DNA of 64,000 nt from the human T2T-CHM13v2.0 reference genome, Homo sapiens: assembly GCF_009914755.1 (NCBI RefSeq), contig NC_060936.1; one strand, 5' to 3'. Made by a program: the position numbers and the translations under genes. The notes beneath the pieces were generated by a model. It was given only the letters and a program-made list of their open reading frames with translations. It did no database searches and had not been told where the DNA came from. Below, in pieces: positions 25,201-41,196 of the stretch (positions within the stretch are counted from its first letter, which is position 1; each line of letters begins with the position of its first letter).

Positions 25201-26110
25201 GTTCTGCTATATTTTTTTGGTAGCATTTTATTTAGAATTTTTGTGTCTAAACTCATAAGAATATTAAATAGGCCTGTTGTTTTAATTTTTGTTGTCTTTG
25301 CCAGGTCCTGGTATCAGGGTGATGGTGTCTTCACAGTATGAGTTAGGCAGGAGTTCCTTCTCCTTGAGTTTTTGGAATAGTTTCTGTAGAATTGGCAGCA
25401 GCTCTTCTTTTTATGTCTGGTAGAATTTGGCTATAAATCCTCCTGGTCTGGGGCTTGTGTTTTTTTGGGGGGGGAGTGGTTTTATGGTTTGTAAGTTTTT
25501 TTTATTACTGATTCAATTTTAGAACTCAAAATTAGTCTATTTAGAGTTTCAATTTTTTCCTGATTCAATCTTGAAATTTGGGTGTTTCCAGGAATTCATT
25601 CGTTCATTTCCTTTAGATTTTCTGGTTTATGGATATGAGGTGTTCATCATAGTTTCCGAGGATCATTTTGTCTTTCTGGGAAATCAGTTGCAATGTCACC
25701 TTTGTCACTTCTGATTGTGTTTATTCAGTTCTTCTCTCATTTTCCTTTTTTAGCCTTGCTAGTGGTCTATTGTGTGTTTTTGATACAACTTCTTGGCATT
25801 GACTTCTATTTTTATTCTACTGTCATCCACAGGTATGGGTGGTACGATTTTGATTTTTCTGAATTTATTGAGACTTGCTTTATGGCTGAGCATGTGGTTG
25901 ATCTTGGAGTATGTTACGTGTGCAGATAAGAGGAACATGTACTCTGTAGTGTATTCCGTAGATGTCCACTAGGTCCAATTCATCAACTGTCAACTTTAAG
26001 TCCAGAATTTCTTTGTTAGTTTTCTTTCTCAATGATCTAATGTTGTCAGTGGGATCTTGAAGTCTCTCTCTATTTTTGTGTGGCTAATTGTTTTTGTAGG
26101 TCTAGAACTA
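22225..26110 (-). mobile_element. L1 (old L1PA/L1PB-type), 5' truncated with internal deletions and a doubled 3' end
   Basis: Poly-T then L1 3' UTR; ORF2 remnants (24142-24333 [23 protein letters not shown]; 24446-24628 [13 protein letters not shown]). Confidence 0.92.
23566..23886 (-). mobile_element. Alu (AluY/Sc-like, antisense) inside L1
   Basis: TSD agaaacttat (23556-23565 / 23887-23896). Confidence 0.95.
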
Positions 26111-26687
26111 AGTGAGGGTTTTTCTTAACTCCTTTCCAGCTAATTAAGGAGAGGAACAAGTCCCCATAGGCCTCCATCTCAGTCAGGTGTGTTAAATATG
26201 GGCCTTAGATGTCAATAGACCACACATTCAGGGACTCCTTGGCCCTCTCCACAGTGTGCATGAATGAAAATTTCCTCCTTCAAAGGTCATTAAGTTAGTG
26301 TGTGTGGAATTTTTTCTATAGATTCTTTAATGCAGCATGGACAAATTAGCAAAGTATTTCAGCTAAGGTAATAGTAAGATTTAGCTTTTCTGTGGTGGCT
26401 TTCATCAAAAAAATTATTTGCAGACATTAACTAATCCATCTGGCAATCCTTGGAGGCCAGTTAGACTATTTATTTTGTTCTTTCAGAGTTTAGAAAAAGA
26501 AGGCTTCTGTCTCATGGTTTTGTGGCCTGTTCTCTCTCTTCTTGGTCTTTTTACACACTGGACGGGAGAAGGGAATCAGCTCTTAAAAGCCAGATTCTTC
26601 TGCTAGTAAGTAAAATCTTGAACTAGGAACAACTGACAGTTTTCTTCATGATGACTAGTTACTGAGGACAGGATCTTAAGCAGCAAG

Positions 26688-27021
26688 CTGTGGTCCCCAA
26701 CCTTTTTGGCACCAGGGACTGGTTTTGTGGAAGACAGTTTTTCCAAGGATAAAGGAGGAGGTGGTTTGGGGATGAAACTGTTCCACCTCAGATCATTAGG
26801 CATTAGATTCTCATAAGGAGCATGCAACCTAGATCCCTCATATGTGAAGTTCACATTAGGAGTCACACTACTATGAGAATCCAATGCCACCACTGATCTG
26901 ACAGGAGGCAAAGCTCCGCCAAAATTGTCACTCATCAACCACTCACCTCCTGCTGTGTGGCCCCATTCTTAACAGGCCACAGACCGATAAAAGTCCATGG
27001 CCTGGGGGTTTGGGACCCCTG
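26688..27021. mobile_element. MER1B-like hAT-Charlie DNA transposon
   Basis: Terminal inverted repeats ctgtggtccccaacc / ggtttgggacccctg; diagnostic 'tttttggcaccagggactgg' and 'agattctcataaggag'; ~335 bp. Confidence 0.88.
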
Positions 27022-27087
27022 ATAATAAGGTTTCAAACTCTGAGACAATAAATAGTAAACTTTTATGAAAATAGAAGTCTTTCTTTA

Positions 27088-27420
<333 letters not shown>

Positions 27421-27585
27421 AAAAAAGAACAACAAATGAGATACATGCAAAAGCACCTATGTAATATTGCATCTCTGTTGATCTAGAATGTTTTCCAAGT
27501 AATATATGGACTATATTGGTAAGAATTTCTTTGAAGTGATCTTATAACCCCAGCTACATCCTTAATTTTTGAAAGAGTGCATAAG

Positions 27586-27880
27586 GGCCTGGTGCAGTGG
27601 CTCACACCTGAAATCCTAGCACTTTGGGAGGCTGAGGCAGATGGATCAAGAGGTCAGGAGATCAAGACCATCCTGCCTAACATGGCAAAACCCCATCTCT
27701 ACTAAAAATACAAAAAATAAGCCAGGCGTGGTGGCATGTGCCTGTAGTCCCCAGCTACTCAGGAGGCTGAGGCAGGAGAATTGCTTGAACCCAGGAGGCG
27801 GAGGTTGCAGTGAGCAAGATCGTGCCACTGCACTCCAGCCTAGGTGGCAGAGCAAGACTCCTTATCAAAAAAAAAAAAAA
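27586..27880 (+). mobile_element. Alu (AluSc-like)
   Basis: Full dimer with A tail; degraded TSD agtgcataag / agtacataag. Confidence 0.95.
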
Positions 27881-28064
27881 TAGTACATAAGAACAGTTTG
27901 TTATTAGAAAAACTCATTCTTATTGAATTAGCAAGCATATACATGTAGATATACATAGAATTCAGAGAAGGGTGCAAAATATTTCTTTTATTTTGTCCTT
28001 GTGTTGAGTCTCAGTTTTACTTAATTCATCTTGATTAATAATCAGGGGAAATCTGTCCTCTATA

Positions 28065-28930
<866 letters not shown>

Positions 28931-29164
28931 TCCATCTCTTTAAACTTCACTTACTCTTCCCTCTCCTGCTATGCCTCCTTTCCTACTAGACCCTTGGCTT
29001 TGTTGACAGTTGGTGGTTTTGTCCAGATATTTTTTCTTGATGGGGCCAGGCCATAGAGGGTGTGGGAAAAGACTGGGGAGAAAGAATTCGGGGTTTTTTA
29101 ACTGCTCTCTGTGTGTTTTCAGGGAGTGGGGATGGGAAATGAAAAAAAAAAAAAAAGGCTTTGA

Positions 29165-29494
<330 letters not shown>

Positions 29495-31635
29495 TTATTT
29501 TTATGCTTGCAATCTTTGTCTAATTTATGTTTAGTTTTAGTATTTATTTAATTTTTACTAATATTTAAATAATCTATGTTTTATAAAGCTACAGAGTAAT
29601 ACATACAAAACAATTAACAATTAACATAAAATAGCATGTACATTATCTTTCTTTCCCAAAACCCTACCTTCCATGGGCCAGTAAGGAACATTTGTCTCAT
29701 ACATTTTTACACTTACTGAAAACAAACACAATTTCTATAGGTTTGAGAAGCAAATTAGACATTGTTCTGGTTGCAGAATATTTTGGGCTTTTTAAACATC
29801 ACGTTGGAGGATTAATATAGGTAAATGATGCAAGCATAGATTTTTGAATTTGCCAGAATTTTGTACAGAGTTGAGAAGAGTCAGTATTTAGAATTCAAGA
29901 TTTTGTTACTTAGTATAAATAATTACAAGACAAAGTTAGAAATTGATTCTGATTTTTTATTTTTCATAAGAAACTGGCTTGAGTGGTAGTTTGTTATTTG
30001 CCAGAAAAAAAATCTGTGCCAATTATTTGTGAGACTATGACTACTATAGAATTTGATACATTCTATGCCTCTCCATCATCTACTACTATTCACACCCCGG
30101 ATACACTGGGGCTGGATTTAATCTTACGTGATGTAGAGGTTCATTTAGAAACTCAATATTGAACTAAATCCTTTGTAAATAATGAATTTTAAAATGAACT
30201 AATTTGTTCTCAACACTTGAGATTAGGGTAATCACTCTGTCAGAATGTATGTACAGTAGAGATAAAAGGCATTTAAGCAGTGAAAGCTGATAATTCTATT
30301 TTCTTCTATGAACCATTAATGTTTATGCCCCAGGAGGACTGTAGTATGAACATCCACTTGAGGTTTCCTTTATGACTCTTGCAGATTCAAGCTGGACTGT
30401 GCATGTTGGCTTACAATAAAGAGTGACATAAATCAGGAAAATCACCAGTCAAATTTTGATTATTTAAGAGAATTAATGCCATTGGTTCTATTTTTTATAG
30501 CATAGTTCTCTATTTCCCATGTCCTCTAACTTAGCTTCCCAGCACAGGAATAAAAATTACTGAATTTTATTAATCGGTAGTGTATTTGGTAGTGGATTTT
30601 CATTACATTTTCACAGGGTGTCTTGAGATTTAATATTATTTTTATTATTATTTTACAACTGTGAGACATGCTCGTAAATGGAGAAACTTGGGTGGGGTTA
30701 AGAGTGAGAGAGAAAACTGACTGGCTTAGTAATGACCACGACAAGATGTCCTTTGTGCATGGATGCAAAGCAGTGAAGCAGCCCCAGGCAGGGTGACTTG
30801 GAGGCTTTTTCTTTTCCTATTGGAGGTGACTGTCTGTTCCAATTCATCCATCTATCTATTCATCTTTTCTTACATCAGTCCCTCAAACAACACAAATTAT
30901 GAGTTGAGGCTCTGGCACCTGGAAAACAAGCCTAGTTCTCATGTCCCCCTGGGGACAAATCTGCAGCCTGACCAATGGGAGTATCACCAATGAAGGTGAC
31001 AATTTGGTAAAAATGGAGGGATGGGGTAGGGTGGGGCTAGTGCATCTCCTCACTTAAGCAGGGGCGCATCGTCTCAGGGATCTCCATTCATACCTGTTCT
31101 CAGCCTTGTTATGATTTGTCATCATGCCAGTCCATGTCACACCCCCCATCAACCTACTCACAAAAAGAGCATACAGATAGCTGTTAGAAAAACAGAGATT
31201 GTCAAACAAGCATCTCTCTCTTACACTTACATTTGAACAAGAAAGTAAAAATAGAATGTGAGCTATTATGTATTGTGTGTAACAGAGTACCACAAACTTA
31301 GCAGGTTAAAACAACACGCAATTACTATCTCACAGTTTCTGTGGGTTAGGAGTCCAGGCATAGCTTAGCTGGGTCCTCTGTGAGGCTACAATCAAGGTGT
31401 TGGTCAGGGCTGTTCTCATCTGAAGGCCCAATTTGGGATGGGTCCATTTCTGCATTCCTTCAGTTCTTGGCAGAATTCATCTCCTCGCAGCTGTAAGATG
31501 GAGGTCCCTGACTTCTTGCTGGCTGTCAGCTGGGGTAACACTCAGCACCTAGAAGCCGCCCACAGTTCTTTACCACATGGCTCTCTCCATAGGCCATCCC
31601 ACAGCATGGCAGCTGACTTCTTCAAAGCCTGTAAG

Positions 31636-32231
<596 letters not shown>

Positions 32232-33429
32232 AAGCCTGTAAGAGGGAGCATCTCCACTATCAGCCTACTAGCAACATGAAAATTTAAATAATGTACCATA
32301 ATCACAGACATGATAACCCCTCACCTTTGCTATAGACTAAAGGCTACAAGTCCAGTTCCTCTTCATCACTTAAGGGGAGGGGATTGCACAAACACACAAA
32401 CAACAGGAGGCAGGGATCATGGCAGCCACCTTAGTCTGTCTGCTTAAAATTTACTGTAAAATTTTTTTTGCTTATTATATCTCATCTTCTTCCCCAAAAA
32501 GATGTGGAGTAGATTATGGATAAGACAGACCCTTGCACTGTCATAGATATGTACAGTAAACTGAGCAGTAATTTTTGTTGCAAATAGATCACTCTGGAAT
32601 ACTTTGGCCAATTCCAGAAAAAGTAATCATGAAATTTAGTGGAATAAGCATCATGTTTTAATATACCAAATGGAAAATAAAGTGGGACTTAGGCAATTAA
32701 GATCACATTGAGTAGTGAATGGCTCTATGCCAATGCTAATCATTTTTTTTTCCTAGACCACATTTCACTTTTCATTTCCTACTCACCAAAAACCATGTTC
32801 TCCATCCCCTTCATGACTTCATGACAGGAAAATCCCCTTCATTCTACCATTACTGCCCATACCAGCATGGGTTTGGCATCAAGACCACACAGTCACTCAT
32901 AGAACAGACACTGATCATATATTGCCATGGGCCATCTATCCATGACTACCACTGCCCTGGGCATTGCCATTGTCACTCTGTCCAACCCGGGCTTTGGTGA
33001 GACCACTGTCTCAGTCTTAGCCAGCCCAGTTGATTCAACCTCTTCTCACTATTTTAACTGGTTCCTCCACATGCTACCTATTTACCTATGGTGGCAACTT
33101 TCTGCTACTTGCTTATATCAGTTTTCCAGTTCAGTAACCTTGACTAACTTTGGTATTCAGGCCATGCTCCAAAGCTGAGATTTTTTGTATATGTCATTTC
33201 AATACAGTTTGTAAATGGGCTTACTGATACATTTCAGACTGTGTTGGAAAATACAGAATTTAGATTTACCTGAAATTGGATGTTTAAAGATCCATTGCTA
33301 TTGCTAATGCTTTATCCCAGGTATTTTTATAACCCAGCTACTTTTATGTCATTGTTTTGCTATATGTCAGCAAATTATGACTCATGTTCTATCACTGTAA
33401 TTTCATTTGGTAATCTCAGTTTAAATTCA

Positions 33430-35305
33430 TGACCACCTACATTAAGTGGACCCTTGATATTGCCATGCTATTCTGCTCATTCTCTAGTCAATTTACTCTC
33501 TCATTTCATAGACAACTATTTCTCACACCTTCTTCACTCATCTCAAACCCTTCCTTCCCTATTATTCTCAGTGGATGGCTGGGTTTTCTATTTCACTGAG
33601 AATATAGAAAACATTAGAATAAATCAGCCACAAATTCTCACCACATCTCCCAAATTACCTTGTGCCTCTAACCCTGGACTCTGCCTTCCTTCCATTTGCT
33701 GTGGATAAACTGTCTGTGCTAGACCCACCTCCTCTTATCTACTCAAAAATATTACTCCAGCAATGGCCATTCTTTCTCCTGCATCATCCATTTTTCCCAC
33801 TCTATTGAATCATCTCCACTGGCATATAGCCAAACTGTAATATCTTTCATCTTTAAACATCTCCCCTTGTTCCCACATCTGCCAAAAGCCACTATCTTAT
33901 ACCTATGCTCGCCTCTCTTACAAAATGCTTCAAAATACATGTCTGTACTCATTGCGCCCATACCTTTCCTCTAATCTCTCTTGATCCCTGTCCAGTTAGG
34001 CTTCTAATCCCATCACTTCTACCCATCAAAGTTCTTGTCAAAGGTTCTAGTGACCACTTCATTTTCTAACCCACTGATCGATTTTAAGTCTCCGTCTTCT
34101 TTTGCCTGAGTGATATTTGACAGAGGTGACTCCTACTTACCTCGTTCACTTGGCTGCAGTCAATCTTGGTTCTCCTCTCACCTCACTCGCCCCTCCAACT
34201 TCCTTTGCTGGTCCCTCTTCATTTTTCTTTCCTCTAAATGTTGGAGTACCCTAAAATCTCATCCTTAAAATTCTTCCTTCCCTATCTCACTGTCTTGATT
34301 ATGTCTCTTGGCATTAAATACAGTCACCTGGCTTTAATATCATCTATATACTTACAAGTAAAAAAATTCAGTCCCTGGCTTGAACTTCTTGAACTGCACA
34401 CTCATATTTCCAGACAACTTTCTGACATCTCTGAATGGATGTCTAAAGAGCATCTCAAACTCAACATATCCAGAACAAACATTTTGGTTCCTACCACCAT
34501 CGAACATTCTGAAACATCTTGAAAACTCAGTAAATAGCAAGCTCGTTATTTTAGTTCCTCAGGCTAAAAACCTTGCCATCATCTTAAGTCCTGTTCCCCT
34601 TACGTCCCACAACTATCCAATAGCAAATTCTGCTGACTTTTACTTTTAAAATATGTCCAGAATACATCCAGCTCTGAACACTTCTCTCCACTTCCCACAA
34701 TCCAGTCCAGGTCTATGTCATCATGAAAGCTTCCTAATGGCTCTCCCTCCTTCTACCCTAGCCTCCTTGTAACCTATAGCCACACACAGTCAGAACTGTT
34801 TTTTCTGTTTGTTTGTTTTTTGCCGTGTAAGTCAAAGAATGTCACTCTTCTGCTCAAGACTTTCAGAAGGCTTCACCTCATTCTGAATAAAAGCTAAGTC
34901 CTTCCAGAGCCTAAGCCTCTCGTTTCCTACCCCTCTTTCCCTTTCTCACTATGTTCCAGCCTGTTTTGAAACACTCTTCCCCCAGATAGCTACCAACTTG
35001 CTCTCTCACTTCCAACAAATCTCTCTTAAATTTCACCTTAGCACAGGTACCTCCCTAGGCCAACCTATATACAATGGCACTCCCCATCCCCCACCATCTT
35101 TCTTAACCTGCCCCCTTTTTCTTTATATCATTAATTGCCACCTGACTCATTTTGTTTATGTGTATATTTCTGCCTCCTTCAACTACAATATAAGCTCCAC
35201 AAGGACAGACCTCTGTTGTATTCAGCACTGTAAATCCTGTGCCTGGAAGAAATAGTAACATGTACAGCAGTAGCCATTCAATGAATATTTGAAGAATGAA
35301 AGAAT
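33430..35305 (+). mobile_element. Long L2 remnant
   Basis: Pyrimidine-rich L2 body ('catctcaaactcaacatatcc', 'gtcactcttctgctcaa') ending 'ttcaatgaatatttgaagaatgaa'. Confidence 0.8.
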
Positions 35306-35756
35306 TCAGTAACACATTACATTTGAAAGAATATTCCATTCATCAACAATGACAAAAAAAATAAATATCAGTTGTGCCAGCCACCTAAAGGAAAAGTAGA
35401 ATTTAAATGAATCATCACTACAATGTTTCTGACGCTCTAGACAAGAATAGGAAACAAGCAAAGACATGAAATTGGAAATATTTGTGACATGTTTGGGTAA
35501 AATTAGGAAGCCAATTTCTTTACTCACAGGCTTCGCATATGGAAGCGAAAGATTACAGAGTTGGAAAGGTGGGGGCCATATGTGAAAGGCTAAGAAGCTG
35601 GGATTTGATTTCTCATCTCATAGGTTCTATTAGGAAACAAAGAGGATCCTCCTTCTTGGTCCCATCACATCCATTGCACATCTTAGTCTTTGCACTTCCC
35701 ATTTATCATGTTAGATGTAACAATAATCGAAGGTCACATATGTGTGTAAACTTAAA

Positions 35757-35794
35757 GGATGTCTGACTCCACCAGAATGTGGAGTCAGACATCC
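35757..35794. repeat. Perfect inverted repeat, 16-bp arms with 6-nt loop
   Basis: GGATGTCTGACTCCAC-cagaat-GTGGAGTCAGACATCC. Confidence 0.97.
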
Positions 35795-37699
35795 CTTTTT
35801 TTCCCCTAGCATGGGAACTATGCCTTGTCTACAGTTTTCTTTGTTTTACACCCTTGCCTGGCATAGTAACAACACTTGAGTTGATAATCAGTATATAAGC
35901 CCCAACTATACATATTCATTTAGTTAGCTGAATGAGTGCACAGCTGGATGAATGAATTAAGACATTCACTAAGTGTTTGTTCATTTGAACTGAAAGCAGC
36001 TGAAAGTCCTTTACATGCAGAATACCTTTTTGATTTAAAATACATTAAATATACACACATATAAAGCAATAATAAAATGGAGATACTTTTCAAATCAACA
36101 ATAATACAACTCACAGGCCATCTTAGCACGTAAGTGTAGAACAGCTCTGTGAGAATTCATCTTCAGCTCAGTCCAGGATGTCTTGGTAATTTACAGGACT
36201 CATTCTCCTTATGTTTGCATGAACCATAATGAAATTTGCCACCAAATGTCTTTGGATGTTTCTAATGAGAAAAAATGGTTGTGTTGGTAATGGCCCAGCT
36301 GTTTTCTTGCCTGGCACTGTGCCTTGCCTACAATAGGTACTCAGTAATAGTCAGTGGAATGAAGTGAGAGAGGGAAGGATTAAGTGAGGTCATGAATTTG
36401 CCTGCCTGTGTCTCAACCTTCCTGTATCTCAGCAGAGAATTCTATGCGGGAGGGGCTGTGATGATGGAAGCAATCCATCCTCCCTGAGGATTTAGCTTTT
36501 TGCTGCTCAGAGATGAGTTAACACTGACTAATTACCAGCTGAGTGGTGACTGTGACTCATAAGTGAGGGGCAGATGGAATTTAGAAAGCAGAAAAACCAG
36601 GAGGGGAAAGTTTTCAAGGGTTAGGCTGAGGGTGAGGAGTCAGGTGGGCATGCGAGAAGGACAGAAACCCAGCTGTGGACCTGTGAGCCGGGGGCTAGGC
36701 CATCCCTTACACAGTGCCAAGTAGTACACAGACGCAGAGCTTAGGAAAGTGTCAGCGAATGTTTCCACAAGTGTTCCTTAGTCACCTCAAGTCTTCTGGA
36801 CACATTCATCATCTTCCCTCCCATAGATGGCCCATCACTGTTCTCTGAAGAGTGATTCATTGTCAGGGTGAAAATCTTAGGAAATTGTCTTCACACAAAA
36901 AATCTGCTCCCTAGCTCAAAACATTCAGTAACTCCTCCACCCCAGGAGACACATTTTTTTTCTCCTATCCATAGTCTTCCATAGTCTTTTTTTTTTTCAG
37001 TGATTTGTTTGATCACATACTACATATATTACCTTCAAGTCTGTGCAGCCTTTGTCTTTCATCCTGTTGAGCAGCTTTTCCCTCAACCTTCTTGTGAGCT
37101 TCTGTGTAAATCACTATCATTCTCTTTCCAAACACTGCATTTGAACTTAGTGAAGTGTAGCTGTTTCTTCTTTTCCTTCCTTTTTTTTTTTTTTTTTTTT
37201 GAAGGGGTGCATATTCTGAAGAAAAGTCTACAAATCATTCCTCTATCTAATTCAAAACCCAACGTGTCACTTTACAGTTGGGTTTCCTCAAGAGGCTCTG
37301 CCGTGGACCCATGGAGGATGGGATGTGCAGGTCCTGAGGTCACTCTGCGATGTGTCAGAGGAGAAGAGTAAGGGTATCTGGGATCATGGGGCAGGATTAA
37401 TGGAGTCCAAAGGAAAAAAATGGCAGGCAGAGAGGGAGAATTCTGTGATTGGATGTGTCAGAAGTGGGAGAAGTATGAACAAACTCTGGGAGTGACTAAG
37501 AGAGAATCTGACTTGACACAAGAAGGCATTTTTTAAAAACTGAACATTTTTAGAGAAGCTATAAATTCATAGGGGATTTTTTAATATGGCAAAGATGATT
37601 TAGCCAATGTCCATTCACCCAGGTCCTTGTCCTTCTGTGTCTCTTTTTGCACATCCATTCATAGCAAGGTCTCTGGTTTGTTTATTCTGTTCTTCCCAT

Positions 37700-37810
37700 T
37701 TCAATGAGATGTTAAGTATGGGCAAGTCATTTCACCTCTGAGGGTTCCCATTTCCTCAGCTGAAAAATGAGGGAAATGGAGGATTGCTTGCTAAGATCCC
37801 TTCTAGTTTG
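37700..37810 (+). mobile_element. MIR fragment
   Basis: Core 'gggcaagtcatttcacctctgag...tttcctcagctgaaaaatgaggga'. Confidence 0.7.
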
Positions 37811-38312
37811 TCAGTTAATTGATGTTATCATGACAGGCATCCCCTGTCAGATCCCCAGAGTGACAAAGTGGATTTCTCACCACTTATTCTCTGATGAGCC
37901 CAGGAACCAGTCCCCTCCATGTTGGAGGCAGCCCCTGTGTGCATGTGGAGTTGAGCTGCGTGGATTCCAGTGCAAGACTCCCAAGGCTGAGGGGAGGGAA
38001 GGTTGTGGAGGGGAGTGATTAGAACTGACCTGAGTCTGAGGACAGGCTCTGCCGCTGCCCAGATGTGTGAGCCCTCTCACCGAACCTCCCTGCTCCATCA
38101 TGTGAGGCTGGACCACGGCAAGCCACATGAAGCACTCAGTACAGTAACCAGCACATGGGGAGCAATGAATACCTGTCACCTGTTTCCATAGTCTTTGTAA
38201 TGATCATCATCATCACCATCATCATGAAATTGTCACAGCTTAAATCCAGGAATACTAAGAAGGGCTCCTGTCTCCATTTTGTAGAAATGTCAGACTTTAA
38301 TAAAAAGAAATC

Positions 38313-38940
38313 CAGGGGAGCGTAAATTAGTTCAACCATTGTGGAAGACAGTGTGGTGATTCCTCAAGGATCTAGAACTGGAAATACCATTTGACCCAGC
38401 AATCCCATTACTGGACATATGCCCAAAGGATTATAAATCATCCTACAATAAAGACAAATGGACACCTATGTTTATTGCAGCACTATTCACAATAACAAAG
38501 ACTTGGAACCAACCCAAATGTCCATCAATGATAGACTGGATTAAGAAAATGTGGCACATATACACCATGGAATACTATGCAGCCATAAAAAAGGATGAGT
38601 TCATGTCCTTTGCAGGGACATGGATGAAGCTGGAAACCTTCATTCTCAGCAAACTATCACAAGGACAAAAAACCAAACACCACATATTCTCACTCATAAG
38701 TGGGAGTTGAACAATGAGGACACATGGACACAGGGAGGGGAACATCACACAGTGGGGCCTGTTGGGGAGTGGAGAGTTAGGGGAGGGATAACATTAGGAG
38801 AAATGCCTAATATAAGTGACAGGTTGATGGGTGCAGCAAACCACAAGGACACATGTATACCTATGTAACAAAACTGCGGGTTCTGCACATGTAACCCAGA
38901 ACTTAAAGTATAATAAAAACAATAATAATAATAATAATAA
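38313..38940 (+). mobile_element. L1PA (approx. PA7/8) 3' fragment with (AAT)n tail
   Basis: ORF 38468-38710 matches the L1 ORF2 C-terminus (MFIAALFTITKTWNQPKCP...); TSD aataaaaagaaatc. Confidence 0.95.
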
Positions 38941-39639
38941 AATAAAAAGAAATCAAGTTGGCTACCTCTTTTGAGTCTGTATATTTGGAGAGCTAGGCAT
39001 GATCAGAATCTATGTGTATGTAACTGTTGCTTATGAAAATTAATCCTCCCCACCTCCCTTCATCCTCCATCTTAGGTGACAGACAGGGAACTTCTTTAAA
39101 TTCTTGTCATAAGAGCTAATGGTAATAACATACTTTCAGATTTTTAAAACTGAAGCATAGTTTGGGAAGTCAGTATCTTCAAATATAACAGAAGGGTAGA
39201 CTATAACATAAAAACACTCTACTAAAATTAAATGTTTATCAAGGGGAACAAAGAATGGGGATATTCAGTGAGTTACTTAAAAATGGATGTTGTAGTTATT
39301 ACCTGAGCATGAAAATACAGAAGGAAAACATTAAGACCATTTTAAAGGAGTTTGGAAATTTAGCATAACATAGGCAGGAAATAGGAATGAATCATCATCT
39401 TCTTTTGTGGTTGTTCATAAAACATCTTGCAACCTTTGCTGGATTTTTTTCATTCTCCTAGGTGGTGGGGTTGAAACAAAACAAACAATAGAAATGCAAC
39501 TTTTTGTTCAACAGCAAAGTCGGAGAGCAAACTCTTTGTCAAGGCATTTATTTTAGTCGATTATTAATATGTCATCTGTGAAGTCATTCTCCTTGCTCTA
39601 GGCTCGATCTTGTACTAATCCCTCTTCCTAAGACTATGC

Positions 39640-40040
39640 TGTGGAGCCCTAAGGAGTTAAAAGAAAAAAAAAGTGGGCTTAGCTGGCAGAAACAAAAATA
39701 GGGGTAGAGAGGAGTGAAAGTTCTGATTAATTAGGTCACCGCAAATAGTTGCACTAGCACCTAAGCATCCTGTTACAGCACCTCGCTCACAGCCCACCTG
39801 CACCCAAGCATTCTGTCTGCAAGCATTCAGCTTAAGCAGCACAACCTTATAAGATTCCCCTCCAGCCTCTGCCTCTTGGTAGACAGCCTTCTTTCTGCTA
39901 TCTTGCCCACTGCTCCCTTGCAATGTATCTCCCTCTTTTCTCTGAATAAATTTGCCTTTCTAAACTCATTACTGTCTTGATAAACCCCTTTACTGCCTGT
40001 GCATTGGCCTCAGACAGTCATTGACCATGTCAGCACCTGC
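39640..40040 (+). mobile_element. Solo LTR (LTR47-like, ERVL; family tentative)
   Basis: Starts TGTGGAGCCCTAA; TATA-like 'cttataa' at ~39847; AATAAA at ~39945; no clear TSD. Confidence 0.6.
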
Positions 40041-40816
40041 AACATGGTACCTGGTTGTCTTTTGATCCAGGGCCAGCAGAGTTTTCCCACATCACTTAAT
40101 AGTTGAATATTTACTATTTACCTTCCTGGAATAAATATATTTTCCAGAGGCAAAGTATTCCATAACAAAATGACTTACTAGAGTTGCCTCCTCATATTTA
40201 TTCTGAGTCCTTAAAGAGTTACTAACATTATTGGTGGAAGAATTAGATCATTGGATTATGAAGAGAAAAAAGCCCACCTTTTTTCCTTTTTCTTAGTTTC
40301 TGCTCTTTTTTAAAATTTTTTGACTCTTTATGACTCCCAGCAAGATTTCATAATCTGTATTATAATTTCAGTGTGCCAAAAATAATTGCTACATTTTAAA
40401 AGTAGAATTGGCTTTTCAAGTCACTATTATTTTTAATGCTCCATCATATTTTTATAAAAGGACCTATTATTACTTAGTCTCGCCATATTTCTGAATTTTT
40501 GAAAACTGTTTTAAAGGTGAAAAGATTTTTCTTGTAATACTTAAAGCCATTCTTCCTATTTCTACTGAGAATGTGAAATATGTATTTATTATCTATTTAA
40601 AGGAACACACCCTTTTCTGTCCTAAGAAAATCATGGAAAGTAAAATTAAGGATAAAAGCAGCTAAAGCAAGTTCACCACACAGAAAGCCTATTGGAAAGG
40701 GCTTAATGGATTGGACACTGACGTGATTAATGGCCAGATCCTTACATTGTTTCTATTTAGCCTTAAATATGCTGCCTAAAGTGTCTATGAAGGAGAGGTA
40801 AAGATGACCGACCCAA

Positions 40817-41196
<380 letters not shown>

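Noticed and set aside
29700-30250. Possible ancient CR1/L3-type RT remnant
   Set aside because: Only a faint impression; I could not read a convincing motif
35757-35802. Rho-independent terminator or pre-miRNA reading of the hairpin
   Set aside because: Eukaryotic context makes a bacterial terminator meaningless, and a 16-bp stem is too short for a canonical pre-miRNA; kept only as an inverted repeat
36553-36559. AP-1 site TGACTCA
   Set aside because: A single 7-mer is expected by chance several times in 64 kb
36987-37371. Acceptor-like T-run/CAG followed by a 123-aa ORF
   Set aside because: The ORF contains a poly-T-derived Phe run and no domain; no good branch point; not supportable as an exon
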